From Peribolospora baueri (Eukaryota): DNA of 64,000 nucleotides. This document shows, piece by piece, positions 38,174 to 49,047 of this stretch. Each line of letters begins with the position of its first letter. The first letter of the stretch is position 1. Position numbers and translations under genes: made by a program. The stretch spans positions 1 through 64,000 of the forward strand of contig JAMDHS010000043.1 in the NCBI GenBank assembly GCA_029717555.1, written 5' to 3'. A model generated the notes under the pieces. The model was not told the DNA's origin. It was given only the letters and a program-made list of their open reading frames with translations, and did not search any database.

Positions 38174-39270
38174 ACCCGGCCACCCGTCCTTCTTTCGCAC
38201 CCCTTTACCCACCTACCGCCCCGCCCCGTATCGCATCTGTTCCGCCACCGCCCCGCCATCGCCCCGCCTCTGCTACTCAACACGCCCTCGATTATATTCA
38301 TCCAACCTCCGCCCCGTCTGGTCTCCGTTCAATCCGCGCCTCGACACGTTCACCTTGCATGTACATCAACCCACCGCCCCGCCGTTCGACTAGTTCGTCC
38401 CTCCCTCTCTCCCTCCATCATCCCCTTTTCCCGCCGCCTTCCTTCGTCTTCTCGGCCTGGTCGCCTCTTCGAACGATGATCGCCAGCCTGCCTCCTTCGT
38501 CTTCGGACAGTACTTTATTGCCCCGTCCACCCGCGGCCTGGCTTTGGTCCCACGGCTCGGTGGACGCACCATTCGATTCGATATTGGACTCGCGTTTTAG
38601 TTACCCTTCTTGGATCAGATCGCCTTGTCTTCCCTCCTTCCTTCGCCCCTTTCACTTTCCTTTGCTCTTGATTGAACTTTTTTTTTTCTTTTCGCCTTTT
38701 CGTCTTTTCCTCTTTACGACAACAAGTACTATAGTCTCGATTTAGCTAACTAGCTTGGCTTCGGTTTTGTGAATCGCCCTCCCTCCCTTTCACTTTCTCT
38801 CTCCATTTGGTTTTTCCAGATGGACGGGATGGGGATGAAGGAGGGCGAAGTGGAGGAGGAGGAGAAGAGGAAGAAGAAGAGGGGGAGGAGGAGATGTGGA
38901 GAAGAATGGAATGGTCAATTGAAATGTACACCGCGATATTTAGAATGCCTCTTGCTTGGTCCGTGCGGCGGTCTTGGTGTTGAGATTGGGAGGTGGGCGT
39001 TGATGTCGGTGTCCGTGTCTGTTGGGAGTATGAGAGTCGGTTTAAGTCTACTTTTGACTGTCTGAGGGCCTGCTCGTTCGTCGTCGACGGGCCCTTCGCT
39101 CACCTCACCTCACGTCGCCGCCCCGCCCAAGCCAAGCACAGGCGACGAACGGGCGTCATTACAACACGGCATATTACTGTACCGTATCATACAAGGACCG
39201 TATCGTATCGTATCGTACGCGCCAACACAAACGCGAGGAAGGAAGAAAGGAAGAGCACCGCTTCGCTCCA

Positions 39271-40129
39271 TCAACCCTTCTTCCCACCTCCGGACCCGCC
39301 CACTCCTTCCCCCCCGTTTCCTCCTCCTCCTCCTCCTTCGCCCCCGCCCCCGCCCCCGCCTGTCCAAAACCTCCAAACCCTCCTAGGTAGCTCCTTTGCC
39401 GCCTCCCAGCTCTCGCCGGTACGAGCCGTGTGCCAGACGCGTCGGAGGAAACGCGCGTGCGAGCCGTCTGTGACGGATCGATGGTAGGCGTCTAGGAATC
39501 GCCGTGGAGGGCCAACGAGGGAGGAGAGGCGCGCGCGGATCGTTGAGGTGGCGTTGAGGTAGACGTTGTCGAGGGAGACGTGTATCGCTATCGGCGGTCT
39601 GCGATCGTGCATGTGCGATCGAAAATAAAAATAAAAAATCGAGTCTGGAGTGAGGACGAGGACCTCCGTCCGTCTGAAACAACCGGCTTCGATCACCCCA
39701 CCTAGCTATCACCTCCCGGCCGAGCGCCCTCGCTGCCTTACGCTTGCGCCCGACATCCTCTTTCGACTCGCCTCCCACCCCGTCACCGCCGGCCTCCGCC
39801 CACCTCACCGCCTCTGTCCCACCTCTCGCGTACAACACCTCACGCCCTCGCAAGAACCACGGCACCCAACCGATCCTCGTCTCTTCCTTTCCCCCCTCCG
39901 CCCGTCCGTCCCCGTCCGCCTCGGCCGCCGTCGCCGTCGCCGTCGCTGTCGCTGTCGTGTGCAATCCACCGGCGGAGGCGCACTGGGAGACGCGCCTCCA
40001 GCAGAGCACCCGGCAGTCTGGCTTGGACGAGTGCGCGCGCTGCCGACACCACGACAAGCACGAAGACGAAGACGAAGACGTAGACGTAGACGTAGATGTC
40101 TCGCCGGGCACGGACCCGCCAGACGCCAT
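39271..40129 (-). CDS. Hypothetical protein with an N-terminal twin CX3C motif, two exons
   Basis: Exon 1 40129-39702 (MASGG...CLSWCRQRAHSSKPDCRVLCWRRV...REVIAR), intron 39701-39599 (GTGGGG...CAG), exon 2 39598-39271 in frame (PPIAIHVSLDNVYLNATSTIRARLSSLVGPPRRFLDAYHRSVTDGSHARFLRRVWHTARTGESWEAAK...). Confidence 0.6.
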
Positions 40130-40419
40130 GCTATGACCCTCGCTTCCGCTGCGTGGAGCGAGACGTCGTCACCGGGGGTCATGCGGGAGAGTCGAACGAC
40201 GGCGACGCCTTGCGCAGCGGGAGAGTGGACATGAGGCAGTCGTCGCTCCACACCCTCGTGCTCCGATCACGGGCCGCCGCAGGCACGCTGCGGTGAATCG
40301 TGCACGGGCCACCTGTGCTAGGCGGGCAGTGGGCTTCGACCCTTCCTGGTTACGCATGAAGGAGTTTAGCTGCCGGCGCAGCGATACCCGCCTCCGTTCT
40401 TTCCTACACGACGCTGACA

Positions 40420-41830
40420 CACCCAGCTTTCATGCTTTCTACATTCAGGAACCCTACACTCGTCCCCACTTCCCAGTCGCAAACCATTCTACCCTAACTG
40501 GCGACCCTCCACGCCAACGGTCTACGCCCCGCCCTTCCGGACAAATGCACACTGGCGTAGGGTATGAGTCGTAGAGGCACAGCGGGCGCAGCGTGGAGTA
40601 GCTGTGCAGTGGTCATACACGTGGTCCATCGAGCAGCACCGGTAGCAGTGGCGAACCGAACGGCGCGCACAAGAGCACCGTACCCAACCGCAGAAACCTC
40701 CGCCACGCCCCCCATCGACGTCGACGGCTATACAGAGTACGAAGTGGACAAAGTCCTCGACTGGGGGTGGCAGAGGTTGTCTGCGGTGTCGGCGTTGTCA
40801 CATTGGCTGGCAGTATTCGGGGCGGTGGAGCCAGTGCCAGTGCCGTCAGGCGTGGCTGGGGTACTTGCGGAGGAGGTCGGAGTTGGTGGTGGAGACTCGA
40901 AGATAACGAGGATGGCGGTGAACCCGTCGCTAACCGGGAGTTGGACGGTCCGATCCATGGAGATCGAGCTCCAAGGAAGTTCGGGGATATCGACTGGCTT
41001 CGTTGTGCCTCGTAGGCTTGGACCGCACACATTCGTTGCAGGACCTGACGTAGTCCTGGACGTAACCCTTGATACCCGGCCATTAATACATTCTGGTGAC
41101 CAGAGTATACGTCCGTCGTTGGCCTCGATGCCCGGCTAGCTTCGCCTCGTGCCCGAATTCGAGTACTCGAAGCCGCAAGCCGTCTGCGTCTGGTACGTAG
41201 ACCTTGCCGTGCTTGAGCAAGACACCGACCCTCCGGCCCCGCCGTGGCAGCGTCGATCCCCAAGGTAGAAAGAAAGAGTCGCAGGAGACAAACGCGACCT
41301 AAACAGGCAGCAAGAAAAAGAGGCCTGCTCCCAGCATGGAAGACCTCCGCGATACCGGAAGCGCGCAACAGCAGCAACGCCCAATGGATGAAGGCCATAT
41401 ACCGTTCAACACAGGCTGTCTTTTCCTTGTCCTCTTCCGTGATGCGGATTTGCTAGTACCCCGACTTCAGGTCCAGGGAGGTGAGTGTGTCTTGCTTCGT
41501 TGAGCGTTTGATAACAATCATCGATCCGAATGAGCGGTTCCTTGTGACTGCGTTGAGTGCTCGGTAATCGATGCAGACCCGAATCTGGTTGTCCTTTTTC
41601 CTCGCCAGGGTGATCGGAGAGCCCCATGGAGAGCCGTTGGCTGGTTCGACGATTCCATCCTTCAAGTCTCCCTCTATGAAGCGTCGAATCGTCTCTTCTT
41701 CATCCACGGTTGGCCCAGGACGAGGTCGAACGTTGCGGGCGGGACTACGTCCTGGAGACAGGCCAGACAATCACCCCCGTCGGCAATTTGCATACCGCCA
41801 CCAAGACCGAGAGTGATCACGTCCACCGCC
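40420..41830. mobile_element. Fragmented Ty3/Gypsy (chromovirus-type) LTR-retrotransposon remnant
   Basis: Minus strand: protease tail FDLVLGQPW (~41700-41740); RT SPWGSPITLARKKDNQIRVCIDYRALN...LDLKSGY*QIRI (41389-41686); integrase HEAKLAGHRG..Y*WPGIKGYVQDYVRSCNECVRSK and PWSSISMD..VQLPVSDGFTAILVI (40895-41230). Plus strand: HPAFH..EPY (~40420-40460) and chromodomain start PPIDVDGYTEYEVDKVLD (40708-40764). Stops, deletions and frameshifts throughout. Confidence 0.9.
40522..40665 (-). mobile_element. Double CCHC zinc-knuckle fragment, LINE (Tad1-like) ORF1/gag type
   Basis: Translates RRSVRHCYRCCSMDHVYDHCTATPRCARCASTTHTLRQC: two CX2CX4HX4C knuckles five residues apart. Confidence 0.7.
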
Positions 41831-42593
41831 ACCTCGACGCCCTTCTTTCTTCTCTGCCCTCCGAAAACTCGCCGATTCTTCCCCGTAATAGTTCCAGTAG
41901 GCAAGCATAAAACCATAGATCATCACACATTGTATAAACATTCATACTCAAAAAAGTAGGCGCTCATAAACATTACCGTTAACATTCCCGTATTCATATG
42001 TAATATCAAAAGTATGGTGTAGGTCTCCATTCGTGACGTTCACACATCAACTGTGGAGTGCTTTGGGGCTCGATATCATACAGCTACGTCGTTGTCCAAA
42101 TGCCAGACCCTTCAATCGTCAAGGACTGACTACCTATCCAAAGTTCATCATGGCCATGTTTGCCGAACCTCGCTACGCCAAGAACATCAACTTCGCGCGA
42201 GGTCTTTCACGACCCCGGTGCGCCTAGCTAGCATCCAAAGAGACTTGTTTAGAACAACAGTCCGGAATACTGCCCACTAATGAGGCACGCGTGCGCATAG
42301 TTGAAGGTTTCTACTTAAGATAGATGTTTATGTTAATATCAACAGATCACGCGATAGATGATCGGCAAGCTCTGGCACGTGACAAAACAGCTGACTTACC
42401 GCGACGACTTGCGCTGACCCTTCGTGTTCTCCGCACTCGTTCTCAGCGACACGTCCCTCCAGCGACTGCACATGCCCCATCTCATCGCAGGTCTGGCCGG
42501 ATGTTTTGACAGATATTCACTTCATGCACGAGGTGGCCTACAACATGGTTCACATATTCCTCGGACTATGTAAACGCCTCGTACACCTCGGTG

Positions 42594-43203
42594 TCATGCG
42601 TTAGGAGACTCGTCCTTCCGCTTGTCGAAGCCATGAGGACGGAAGCCGTGGCGGAGGCTATCAAAACCTCCATCAAAGCCGCCGTCGAAGCCGAAACCTC
42701 CCAAGCCATCGCCGCCACGTTTGGCATTCTCCTCGACTTCCGCGTCGCGCTTGTAGAAGCCATCGCCGAAGCCGAAACCTTTGCCAAAGCCGAAGCCATC
42801 AAAGCCGCCATCGAATCCGCCACCACGCTCGACGGCGTTGGGTGCCTCGTCCTCCCGCAGCGGAACCCGAACCCTAGCTGCCGCTTGTCGAAGCCATGAG
42901 GACGGCGGCCGCGGAACTAGCCCTTCCGTCCTACTAGGCTCCAGAAACTCTCGCCATCGACGCGAACTCGGGGAAGACCAAACTCACATTGCCACTTCCA
43001 GCGCCGTAAGCCGCCAGATTCCCATACTGGCGCTTGGAGACGTCAAGGCCATCCGAGCCCGAACCGGCATCGCCCAAGGCCCAGCTGCGCCGCACAAGGG
43101 CGCTGTCATCACCTCGCTCTGCAGGGCCCTTCACGGGCGTGGCGCTCGCGGAGGCAGTGGGAAGCGCAAGAGCGACGAAGAAGGCCGTGCACCGCATGAT
43201 CAT
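42594..43203 (-). pseudogene. Secreted Gly/Phe-rich Kex2-processed repeat peptide precursor (KEP-like), with an apparent frameshift at ~42860
   Basis: Signal peptide MIMRCTAFFVALALPTASASATP; RR/KR-delimited blocks SWALGDAGSGSDGLDVSKR, QYGNLAAYGAGSGN/(intron 42987-42917)/FRGRRPHGFDKR, QLGFGFR; then in a shifted frame EDEAPNAVER GGGFDGGFDGFGFGKGFGFGDGFYKR DAEVEENAKR GGDGLGGFGFDGGFDGGFDSLRHGFRPHGFDKR KDESPNA*. TATATA at ~43363-43368. Confidence 0.75.
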
Positions 43204-43656
43204 TGTTGCGAGTTTCTGGGATAGGGGAGAGCGAAAAGAGTGGACTGCGCAAAGAGTGAGAGGTTCGTCTAAGGACAAGGTGTTGTCGATGCTGTTGTCG
43301 GTGTCGAAGTTCGTCAGCTGAAGAGATGGTGGAAGTCAGCCAGAACGCTCGGCGAGGAAGAGCTATATATCTTGCTGGCGAATCTTGCTGGCGAGCGCCG
43401 GCCTCGCGTGCTCCCAGGCGACCCCAGTGTAGATGGTGTCGGTCGACAACGTCAAGGGACGGGAAGGTGAGACAATTTTTGATGAGCCTGGCGTACAAGA
43501 TGAGAATACAAGATGAGAAAAAAGCACGGTCAGCTATTCAGCGGTAAGGTCGGTCATCCCAAAGCGCCAGTGGGGATCACAGGATTGACACGGGTAAGGC
43601 GGTCGGGTTCCACCAGCCCATACGATCCCACTTACCTCTCGAACATGAAGGGTCGA

Positions 43657-44240
43657 AACGCTTCATAGAGGAAGGCCTGAAGGATGGAATCATCGGACCG
43701 GCCAACGGCTCTCCATGGGGCTCTCCGATCACTCTGGCGAGAAAAAAAGACAACCAGATTCGGGTCTGCATCGATTACCGAGCGCTCAACGCAGTCACAA
43801 GGAAGAAAGTTCGGATCGACGATTGCTATCAAATGCTCAACGGAGCAAGATGCTTCACCTCCCTGGATCTGAAGTCGGGGTACTGGCAAGTTCGCATCAC
43901 GGAAGAGGACAAGGAAAAGACAGTCTTTGTCAATCGGTATATGGTCTTCATCGGATAGACTGGTAGCTTTCAGGAAGGCATGGGAACTTACCTGGGGTGG
44001 AGAGAAGTCGATGGCCTGGATAGTCTTGACCTGGTGTTGCGCTGCCAATTGATTAAGGGATTATGACGACGCAGCCGAGGTATCCCAAGGACAGGGTAGA
44101 AGGAAGGGCGTTGAGGATGAAGGGTTCTAGAAGGGAGACACCCTAAGGCTGATATTTTCTTGTCAACGTGAAGATGTTTTGCCCTTGGTATCTTGATAAA
44201 CAAACGTGAAAGGATCAGCCTATGTAGCGAAAGGAACAAG
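43657..44240. mobile_element. Second Gypsy remnant: RT fragment (+) and protease fragment (-)
   Basis: 43657-43950 (+): RFIEEGLKDGIIGPANGSPWGSPITLARKKDNQIRVCIDYRALNAVTR..RIDDCYQMLNGARCFTSLDLKSGYWQVRITEEDKEKT. ~44040-44100 (-): VLGIPRLRRHNPLINW (retroviral-type protease C-terminus). Confidence 0.88.
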
Positions 44241-45196
44241 TGAAGTCCGGCAGAGGGCGCCTCGACTCGTACAAGAGTGGCTTTGTTTTGTTTTGGTTGT
44301 GGGTTGATGAGAAAGTGAAGGAAATGAAGAGGGCACCGTGGAGACTTTCAGGTGGTGAAGCCGACGCTGAGCGCCTTGCCTCAATGAAATGTCCCAACGG
44401 TTTCTCCACGAGTGACCCTATCAGCCCAACTCACCGTGCACCGGTCTCGCAACCTGTCTCACTGTCTTTCTGCATCAGACCCCTTCCTGCATCAGACACA
44501 GACCCGGAAAGAAGCGTTGAGTCGTCATTTGCCTAACTGGTAAGTAAATGAAAGCAGACAGACACGGAGCTAATGCGTAGAAGAAGCGACGCGATAGTCG
44601 GAATCTGCGTTGCCCGCGATAGTCGAGGCGACCAACACCTGCTGCGGCGGGGTGCTCGCGGACCGCGACGACTGCGTCTCCCCACTACGGACTGAGGCGA
44701 CTCTTTAATCACACCTCCGCCCCTGCTAAGCTGCCCTGATTCACCCTCGCCTTGCTCAATCAATCAATAGGCGGTGGGCTCTCGGACTGATTTCCGAGAA
44801 GGGCATGAGAGCGAGAGCGAGAAAAGTACGTCTCCAAGCTGGGCGGATCCTGTCTGCCTTGCTCGAAATGGTCGTTTCCTTCTTCAATGCCTCCCTCTCC
44901 GCCTTAAACTGACAACTTCGTTCCTGGCTTTGCGCCGACCCCCGTGGAGGCAGGGCTGTAGACGGTGGATGCAGGGAGAGGAGGAGGGGGGACATCGTTC
45001 GGAGTGGAGGTTAATTAGGCTATCGATTCGAATTATTGGGGAGAAGGGGGAGATGAGCTCAAGCTCAAGGTTCAAGGGACTCTTAAAGTTCATCAAAATA
45101 CTGAACAACTGAACAGTTATTTCTGAAGGCGTTCGACAACTGAGTTTAAAGGTTCTGCAAACGGGATGGGGCGACGTCCGATCTGAGGGCACCTTT

Positions 45197-46957
45197 TCAC
45201 TTCGCCTTGGCCTCGCGCTCCCTCTTGCGGAGGGCACGGCGGCGAATGTCCTGCAGCAGAGCTGTTGTATACAGGAAGGATCCACCCAACTCATCAGACG
45301 ACGATCGAGACGGGAATGATGCAGAGAAGATGGGATGGACGCCACCTTCCTGTACTCACCGTAATTGTAGGAAATGAGAGACGCCTTGCCCGCGTGACCG
45401 AGAGTCTCGATGAGCCAGTCGAGCAGCGCGTGGCTCCAGTAGGGCGTCGAGGTGAAAGGCCTGCCGACTGCGCCGCACGCGTTGCCGAGCGTGGAAAGGA
45501 CAGAGCGAACGTGGGCCGACGGTACGGGGATGAACAGTGACGGGCGACGGATCTTGGTCATGGCCGACACCTGCAAACCGTCGCGGTATGTCCATCACGT
45601 CAATTTCGAACCTGGGAAAAGGGCCGTTGACGGAGTAAATCACCCACCACAAAGTAAGTGTTGATGTTCCGCACGACGACGCCCTTGGGCTTCAGCTCTG
45701 CTCCCAGAGCCTGCGAGAAGATGGCGATGAAAGCCTTGGTGCCGGCGTAGGTGGCCAGGAAGGGGCTCGGCACGAGCGAAGCGAAGGAGCCCATGTTGAG
45801 GATGAGGCCGCGATGGCTGCACGAGTGTCCCGCATCACGTCCAAGACACCAGCGGAATGAACTAGGATCAGCTTCTGCTCGCACAACTCGATGGGGCGGT
45901 CGGAAACGCTCACTCACCGCTCCACCATGCCAGGAACGACGATTCTAGTGACGCGGAGCAAAGAGTTGACGTTGATCTCGACGATGTTGTCCATCTCGTC
46001 CACAGGGGTATCCTGGAAGGGCACTGGCATGTCGTGCGACTTTCCGACGTTGTTAACTGCGCATGTCCAATTCAAGAATTGCACACGATGAGCGAACGAA
46101 TGAAAGCTTTCCAATATTACGCTGATAAGAGACAACAGCACACTCACCAAGGACGCCAATGTCGAGATTGTTGACAGTGTCCGCAAGGGCGGAATACGCC
46201 GTGGGTTCGCCTTCGGCAAAGTCCATCGCATGCGTCTTGGTCTGAACCGAGTACTTCGCCTCTGTAACGGTGATGATGGACGCGGCCGAGACGCATTCAG
46301 TCTACGAAACTCTGGTTTTGACTCAGTGGGCGTAGCAGGACGTATACAAACCTATCTCTCCCGCAACCTTTCCAAGCTTCTCGGGGCTCCGGCTGACTAG
46401 GAAGATGTTGAATCCGGCCTTGGCGAGCTGAAGAGCGAACTCGCGCCCAATGCCATCCGTGGCTCCAGTCACGACTTTGGCAAAAACCGGGGCATCGCCA
46501 GGGAACACACGACGACAAGTCAGCCAGGCTGCAACACGGTCGGCTACAACGTCATGTAGTGCACACTCACGAGCCCAAGAGCCTTTTCCCGCGCCGAACT
46601 TCTTCAACTGTACACGACGGAGCCAATTGCGGCCCAGCACAGGATGGGGGAAAACGTCAGGCCAAGTCCCAGCCTCCTCCAAAATTACGGTGTACGAGGA
46701 AAACGCCGCCCACTTACGCTGTAGCCGGGAAAGATGAACAAGCCCAACACCATCCTAGCCCAACTCAACGCATAGCCGCCAACGACGGCAGCGCCGAGAG
46801 CAGCCAGAAGCAGCGTAGGCAGAGGCGCGTCTTCTGCGCGGCATGAGAAGGGCAAGATGCTAGGTGAATAGATCATGGTAAGACGACGTGGATGTGCTGG
46901 CACACCTCACTCACTGAGGCCGATCTGGTGGAGGATCTCCTGGAGCTGGGCCGACAT
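45197..46957 (-). CDS. IFA38: Very-long-chain 3-oxoacyl-CoA reductase (SDR family, Ifa38-like), multi-exon
   Basis: [81 protein letters not shown] (YxxxK); TPYWSHAL; C-terminus [17 protein letters not shown]. Confidence 0.92.
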
Positions 46958-47135
46958 GATGCTGGAGGGGTGTGAGGGTTAAGAACAACAAAACGTCTAG
47001 TAAGTCCACTTCCAAGCCCGCTTCCGACCTCGTGCCGCAGCAATTTGTACTGGATGCGCGAAGACTCATTCCCGTCTCCTCCGACAACCGACTCGCCTCA
47101 GCCCCCCTTCCCCGGCGCTGGCAGCTTTCCTCCAG

Positions 47136-48306
47136 ATGTTAGCAAGAAGGTCATTGCCCATCATTCGCCGCCAGGCACTCAGGGCTAACTCTACGGCGAC
47201 GGCCTCCACAACCACACCATCTCCTGCTTCCTCTTCATCCTCGTCGGCCGCCCTCGACGCGGCGACTTCGGAGCCCGAGGATCAGCCCTCGGTGCACGCT
47301 CCGTCTTCACCCCCTCCGCCCCCGACTCCATCAATCTTTCGACCCAAGTACGCCAGACGTCCTTCATTGCCAAAAGTGTCGTTCGCAGACCGGACCGTCT
47401 TTGTGCGCCCATATCACGGCGTGTCGTCCATGCTCCAAGCGCTGGCCATCGTCCGGTTCTTGGAGGGCAAGTTCGGAGAAGTGGAGTCCTACAACTTCCC
47501 CAGGGTAAGCATCCTTTCTCCTTGTCGGTAACAAGGCGAACGAATGGAGAACCGTGATCCGTTGGTCAGGTTACCTGAACGTGTTGAGCTTACAGCCGCT
47601 GACTTTCCGGTTTCTAACGCATCCCACCCTTCTTCAAGTCTCCCGATAGCCTCCATTACATGGGCTGGGGCTGGTTGACCTTCAGCTCTTCCTCATCCGC
47701 TAAACGTTGCCTGGACGTCGAGCACTTTAGCATTCCTGAGCCCTCCCCGCCTTCTTCTCCGAAGACCCCGGATTCCCCGTTCTCGCGCCTCGTCTCCCTC
47801 CGCTCCGTCTCTCCCCTCCTCCGATCCTACCGGGATCGTCAGGCTCGCGAATTGGATGCATTGGTAACGAAGGAATTGGAAAGGCGCGACGCCAAGAGTG
47901 AATCAGAGGACAGTGTCGGCATTCGCTTGATGGATTTAAAAGTCGAAGCGCTGGTTTCCGGTGAGCACGCCGACCGCAGAAAGGGTACCGGAGTCTGCTC
48001 TTGACATTTGCCCGAATCAAAGCTTCCTCACACGATCGCCTGCTTTTCTTCATTGCTGATCTTCTCGCAGAAAACCGGGACAGATCCCGTATAGTGCAAA
48101 ATCGAATTGTGCATGACCCGGACATCGCCCGTCCCCTTCCGATAGGAGGTATGGTCCTAGCCCTCAGGAAGTTCACCGGCTTTCATGGAGGACTTGAGGA
48201 CGCATTAGCAGCGCGAGAGGAGGAGCTGCAGAAGCATCAGGAGCGCTCCGAGCGTATAGCATCGAAGAGTTCCAGGAAGGGTCCTTCTACGGTGGTTGGT
48301 GGTTGA
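47136..48306 (+). CDS. Hypothetical protein with probable mitochondrial presequence and an RRM-like segment, three exons
   Basis: MLARRSLPIIRRQALRANST (Arg-rich, acid-free N-terminus); RTVFVR...FLEGKFGEVESYNFPR/...HYMGWGWLTF resembles RNP2/RNP1; GTAAGC and GTGAGC donors; divergent from the reductase across 178 bp. Confidence 0.65.
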
Positions 48307-49047
48307 CCGGTCTCCCTCGGAGCAAAGGAAACCCACGAGTGGGGAAAGTGCTTAATCCGGGGGAACGTAATAGAGAGAAGATTTGCCGATGAAGTGCGAA
48401 CGTTACTTCTCGTTCTTTCTCTGTGGTTGCGTCCTGTCTGAAGGCAATAGAACTTTGCGGCTCGCAAACGGTGGTGGCGGTGTGGCACGCGCAAGATGCG
48501 TCTCTCGGAAAGGGACTTCGCAGATATACTTGCACGCACAGCGATTTTTCTCAGAACCGGGACATGGCGTCAGCATTTCCGCGCCCAATGGCGAGGAAGG
48601 GACGGTGCGTTCGACTCAACTCACGTTCCAGCGAGTCCATTGCCCTTCATGAGCTGATGGCCTGCAGGAAAACGCAGATAACGCATCCGTCAGAGCTGCG
48701 ATGTGATAACAATCGTTCGTGGGCGAGCAGTGCACCTCATCTATTATTACACTTACTATTCCACCGCGCGCCGACCGTACGGTCGTCCTCGCAAGCAACC
48801 AAAGTTAAACATCGTACGAAAACGAGGATGAAGGGGATATGCCGAAAATGTCGTCGATACGTTCTGACCTTGTGCACCGGCCGCAGAAAGAGCATATATG
48901 TGCATGTATGTACTAATGTGGACGAGACAGCGAGAGTATGATGCATGAAAATATCAATTCCCCCACTCCTTCTCTTCGAGCTCCCGACGATCATCCCCGC
49001 GGACCGGTCCTCGTGCGAAGTAATGGCGGAAGGAGGGAAAGAGGGAC

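Noticed and set aside
42594..43203. Mating pheromone precursor interpretation of the repeat peptide gene
   Set aside because: Basidiomycete lipopeptide pheromones end in CAAX and lack a signal peptide; this gene has a signal peptide and no CAAX.
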